Below, piece after piece: positions 60,627-64,000 of a DNA stretch of 64,000 nt (its first letter is position 1; every line of letters begins with the position of its first letter). The notes under the pieces were generated by a model that was not told the DNA's origin, searched no databases, and saw only the letters and a program-made list of their open reading frames with translations. The position numbers were made by a program, and so were the translations under genes. Source of the DNA: a virus; IMG/VR virus record IMGVR_UViG_3300042465_007929, positions 1 through 64,000 of that record, one strand, 5' to 3'.

Positions 60627-61771
60627 GCGTTTAGATTATTAATTGATGCTTTAAAGTAATTAACTAAAAATTCACAGAGCTTATTATCATCTTCAATAAT
60701 TTTGAAGAGATTATTATCTCCTTGGATAGTTTCTGGAAACTCAAAGCCATTCTCTACAAGAAGTTCTTTAAACTCCTCAACAGGTTTGATCCACGCACCC
60801 CTTTTTTCGATAAACTCCCAAGCATAAAGAAGATCAACAATTTCTTTTTGCACCCAAATTGAAGTACCATTTTTACGACCATATCGAATGGGGTAAGTAA
60901 TAGTCATATTGGTTTTTTCATTAGGTGACTTTTTAATAGTTGCTTTAGCAAAATGTCCAATAATTGGATTCTTTTTAATATCAATAGTTTTATTAGCTGA
61001 ATCCTGAAGAATAAGATCGCCCTTATAACGAGGTTCAAACTCTACAATATAATTTGCAAAGTGAAGAAGAGCATTTCCTCCAGTAGCACTAGTCTGACGA
61101 ATTGGGGCTTTCGAATATGGATCTAGTTTAATATCAGCACGAACTTGACTGATAAAAATTGCCATGTGACCACGCTTAGTCAAAGCAATAGAAAGTCGCT
61201 TCATAAAATTGGCAGCAATAACCGCGCCACCAGCAACCTTGTTGCTATCTTCAAATGATTTATCAAGATCACCTTTTGTGATGAGTCCATCAACAGAATC
61301 AAGCAGGAAGCAATATTTTGTTTTCTCGTCATTCTTAGCAACAAGCTCTCTCATTACATCTACAACAGTTTCATAGATATTGCTTTCAAAAACAAAACAA
61401 GTGCCAGCCACCCATTCTTCTGCCGAAAAGACAAATCTAACTCCAGATCGTTCTCTCATTTCTGGGGATAGCCTTCCTTCTGCTTTAATATAAAAGCCTT
61501 TGGCATTTGGAAGATTATTGCAAAAGTTCTTCATAACCTCCAATGACTCAGAAGTCTTTCCGCCTTCATTCATACCAACAAAACGATGCAGTCCGGGTCC
61601 AAATCCACCTCCCAGTTGCAGATCAAATTGAAGAGATCCGCTAGAGACTTTGTAGTCAATTTCATCTTCAAAATTATAATGATCTTCTTTATTAGTTTTC
61701 AAAAAAGAACCAAGAACACTTTGCGAACTTGGAATTTCTTTGCTGACTTTTTCTTCTTTAATTTTACTCAT
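60623..61771 (-). CDS. recA: RecA/UvsX-family recombinase
   Basis: SSGSLQFD..LGGG, GMNEGGKT, LDSV, IFISQVR, GGNALLHFA. Confidence 0.88.
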   Translation of the reverse strand: MSKIKEEKVSKEIPSSQSVLGSFLKTNKEDHYNFEDEIDYKVSSGSLQFDLQLGGGFGPGLHRFVGMNEGGKTSESLEVMKNFCNNLPNAKGFYIKAEGRLSPEMRERSGVRFVFSAEEWVAGTCFVFESNIYETVVDVMRELVAKNDEKTKYCFLLDSVDGLITKGDLDKSFEDSNKVAGGAVIAANFMKRLSIALTKRGHMAIFISQVRADIKLDPYSKAPIRQTSATGGNALLHFANYIVEFEPRYKGDLILQDSANKTIDIKKNPIIGHFAKATIKKSPNEKTNMTITYPIRYGRKNGTSIWVQKEIVDLLYAWEFIEKRGAWIKPVEEFKELLVENGFEFPETIQGDNNLFKIIEDDNKLCEFLVNYFKASINNLNA

Positions 61772-62120
61772 TTAAAAATTGTTTTGTTGTTTTTTTTCTT
61801 TGTTTTACCTCTATGTCTTCACCTATCTTGTCTCCAATAGAATAACTCTCATACTTGCTAGAGTCAACCCTAAAGTTAAATGCTGTAAATTTTAAATCCA
61901 TCTTCATCTTTAATTTATCACATACAATATAAGCGAGAGATTCAAATTTCTGGTCGAAAGAAACAATATTCATAAATTCTTCAGAATATCTTTCACAAAG
62001 ATCATTTAAAATCTTCATTTCTCGCATATAAAAAAGACGCTTATCCTTCGTGGGAACAAGCGTCAGTCTAGAAAGAATATCTTTCTTGTTGATTTTTTTC
62101 TTTGCTTTCTTTTTAGCCAC
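61764..62120 (-). CDS. Hypothetical protein
   Basis: 118-aa ORF coupled to gmd and recA. Confidence 0.55.
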   Translation of the reverse strand: MAKKKAKKKINKKDILSRLTLVPTKDKRLFYMREMKILNDLCERYSEEFMNIVSFDQKFESLAYIVCDKLKMKMDLKFTAFNFRVDSSKYESYSIGDKIGEDIEVKQRKKTTKQFLNE

Positions 62121-63159
62121 GCCCTATTTTAAGCTCTTCAATGTCATTGTCAATCATTTTTTTCACAAGACCTTTAAAGTCTGTTTTGGGTTCCCAATCA
62201 ATAAACGCTCTAGCGTTAGTTGAATCTCCCCATAAAAGCTCTACTTCTGCTGGTCTGTAAAATTTTGGATTAATTTTTACTACGGTTTTACTATTGACGA
62301 TAAACTCTTCATCTTCTGGGTGTCCGGTAGTATTTCTCCATGATCCATTCAAACCTGCATACCAAAAAGCTAACTCTACAAATTCTCTAATAGAATGAGT
62401 TTCATTGGATGATAGAACATATTCTTTTGGGGAATCTTGATTCAACATCAACCAAACTCCATTAATAAAATCTTCAGCATCGCTCCAATCTCTTTTCGCA
62501 TCTAAGTTGCCAAGCTCAAGAGAATTATAGTCTTGTCCATTATCAATTGCATTTTTAATACGAGCAACTGATTTTGTGATTTTACGAGTAACAAACTCTT
62601 CTCCCCTACGAGTGCCTTCGTGATTAAACAGCCAACCTTGGATTGCAAAAAGATTATAAGACTCCCTGTAAACCTTGACAAGGTGTCTTGCTGACGCTTT
62701 GGATGCTCCATAAGGGCTTCTTGGGCGAAGAGGATGAGCTTCATCCTGCGGTACATAAGCGACATCTCCAAACTCTTCAGAAGATCCTGCGTTATAATAA
62801 CGGCAATTCGGAGCAAACTTTCTGATAGCTTCTAATTGGTATAGAACTGCCATACAATTTGTATTCATATGATTAACTGGCATAGTCCAACTATTACCGA
62901 CAAATGAATTAGCAGCAAAATTAATAAAATAATCTGGTTGTTCGATACGAATAACTTCCTCTACGTTTTGTGAATCTGTAATGTCTAAATCAATTAATTT
63001 AAATCTTGGATTATTTTTAAGATGGTCTATATTTTTATGATTAACAACGCTTAATCTTCTAACTCCAGCAATAACTGTATGCTCGGTATTTTCAAGAAGA
63101 AAATCAGCCATAAAACTTCCGTCTTGCCCTGTAACTCCTGTAATAATTATTTTTTTCAT
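62113..63159 (-). CDS. gmd: GDP-mannose 4,6-dehydratase
   Basis: ITGVTGQDGS, SSEEFG, PRSPYGASK, FNHE, FVTRKI, RPAEV. Confidence 0.95.
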   Translation of the reverse strand: MKKIIITGVTGQDGSFMADFLLENTEHTVIAGVRRLSVVNHKNIDHLKNNPRFKLIDLDITDSQNVEEVIRIEQPDYFINFAANSFVGNSWTMPVNHMNTNCMAVLYQLEAIRKFAPNCRYYNAGSSEEFGDVAYVPQDEAHPLRPRSPYGASKASARHLVKVYRESYNLFAIQGWLFNHEGTRRGEEFVTRKITKSVARIKNAIDNGQDYNSLELGNLDAKRDWSDAEDFINGVWLMLNQDSPKEYVLSSNETHSIREFVELAFWYAGLNGSWRNTTGHPEDEEFIVNSKTVVKINPKFYRPAEVELLWGDSTNARAFIDWEPKTDFKGLVKKMIDNDIEELKIGRG

Positions 63160-63259
63160 TATTTATTATACAGTATAATCATTTTATCTATTTGATTTTC
63201 TATATATTTTCTTAAATTTATAATCATCGCCATCCTCCTTGAAGGATAGATGTATTCGA

Positions 63260-64000
63260 TTAATAAGTATTTATAATTTCTGTGTTATGATAAATATTTC
63301 CGTGTTGATATATTATATCTTTGAAAAATAAAAACTTGTCCTTATTTTCTAGTGAATTTAAAGCTATATATCTTATTATATGATCTCCCCAACGATATTT
63401 ATAAATACCTGCTGTTTCATCTAAATATTTATAAAATAATTGATATTCACTCGAATTAAACCATTCTAAATTAAAAATTTCAAAATTAGTATAAAAAACT
63501 CTTCTATAATGAAATTCTTTTTCATTATTAAAAATTTTATCCTTATTAATTTTTTTGAAATATTTTTCTGAAATTTCCCATAAGTCTTTTATTACTGCTG
63601 GATGATCATGTTGTATATTAATGTATCCATAAATAGAATTATTTTTATTCATATCTAAAAATACATCTGATTTTATTTTATCTAAAATAAATGAATCAGT
63701 ATCTAATCTCCAAATATACTTATAGTCTTTAAGTATATCTTGTTTAAAAATTTCTCCAGTAAAAAAACGACACATATGTCTATATCCCATAGAAAATCCT
63801 ATATGATTTGAATCTTGTGGGTGAGGAAAGTATTCTGGTATTTCCGCTAAAATATCAGCATTATAATTTGGAATTTCAAAAGATATTTCTTGAAATATTA
63901 AATTAATTTTAAAAGTTTTAATTAAATTAGCTATTTCATATTTACAAAAGTCTTTTTCATGAAAACATATTACATCACATGGATAATCATCTAGATAAAA
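63260..64000 (-). CDS. GT15 (Kre2/Mnt1-like) alpha-mannosyltransferase, 5' end beyond the window
   Basis: GYRHMCRFF, YIWRLD, YGY, YTNFEI, RWGD; frame stays open to 64000. Confidence 0.85.
   Translation of the reverse strand, partial: FYLDDYPCDVICFHEKDFCKYEIANLIKTFKINLIFQEISFEIPNYNADILAEIPEYFPHPQDSNHIGFSMGYRHMCRFFTGEIFKQDILKDYKYIWRLDTDSFILDKIKSDVFLDMNKNNSIYGYINIQHDHPAVIKDLWEISEKYFKKINKDKIFNNEKEFHYRRVFYTNFEIFNLEWFNSSEYQLFYKYLDETAGIYKYRWGDHIIRYIALNSLENKDKFLFFKDIIYQHGNIYHNTEIINTY

Noticed and set aside
1-64000. Stop-codon reassignment
   Set aside because: Long genes are intact in the standard code and no suppressor tRNA was seen

Overview
A 64-kb segment of a large AT-rich tailed dsDNA phage; no terminase, capsid or integrase is visible in this window. 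Layout: (i) 1-10 kb, small minus-strand ORFs with sigma70-like promoters, a metallophosphoesterase and a LAGLIDADG endonuclease; (ii) 10-15 kb, three tandem BspA/LRR_5 paralogs plus a sulfotransferase; (iii) 15-21.5 kb, a minus-strand tRNA region invaded by free-standing endonuclease genes and packed with non-canonical structured RNAs; (iv) 21.5-32 kb, HNH, ThyX, MazG-like, endolysin and fibre/LRR genes; (v) 33-43.4 kb, a lambda-type tail tip module (gpL, K, I, J); (vi) 43.4-64 kb, glycosyltransferases, ClpA/C, split DnaE, DnaQ, RecB-like nuclease, primase, DnaB, RecA, Gmd and a GT15 mannosyltransferase. The strongest candidate for an undescribed system is the ncRNA suite in the tRNA operon. 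It comprises a 69-nt tmRNA tRNA-like domain with no mRNA domain, an anticodon-less tRNA mimic with two T-arms, several stem-closed RNA modules (one ending in CCA) and a ~690-nt RNA with a triplicated covarying motif. Also notable are a recurring GTGTAA-N8/9-start motif, and endonuclease cassettes that split their target gene's 3' end and leave a relic behind. All calls are by eye; no database search was run.
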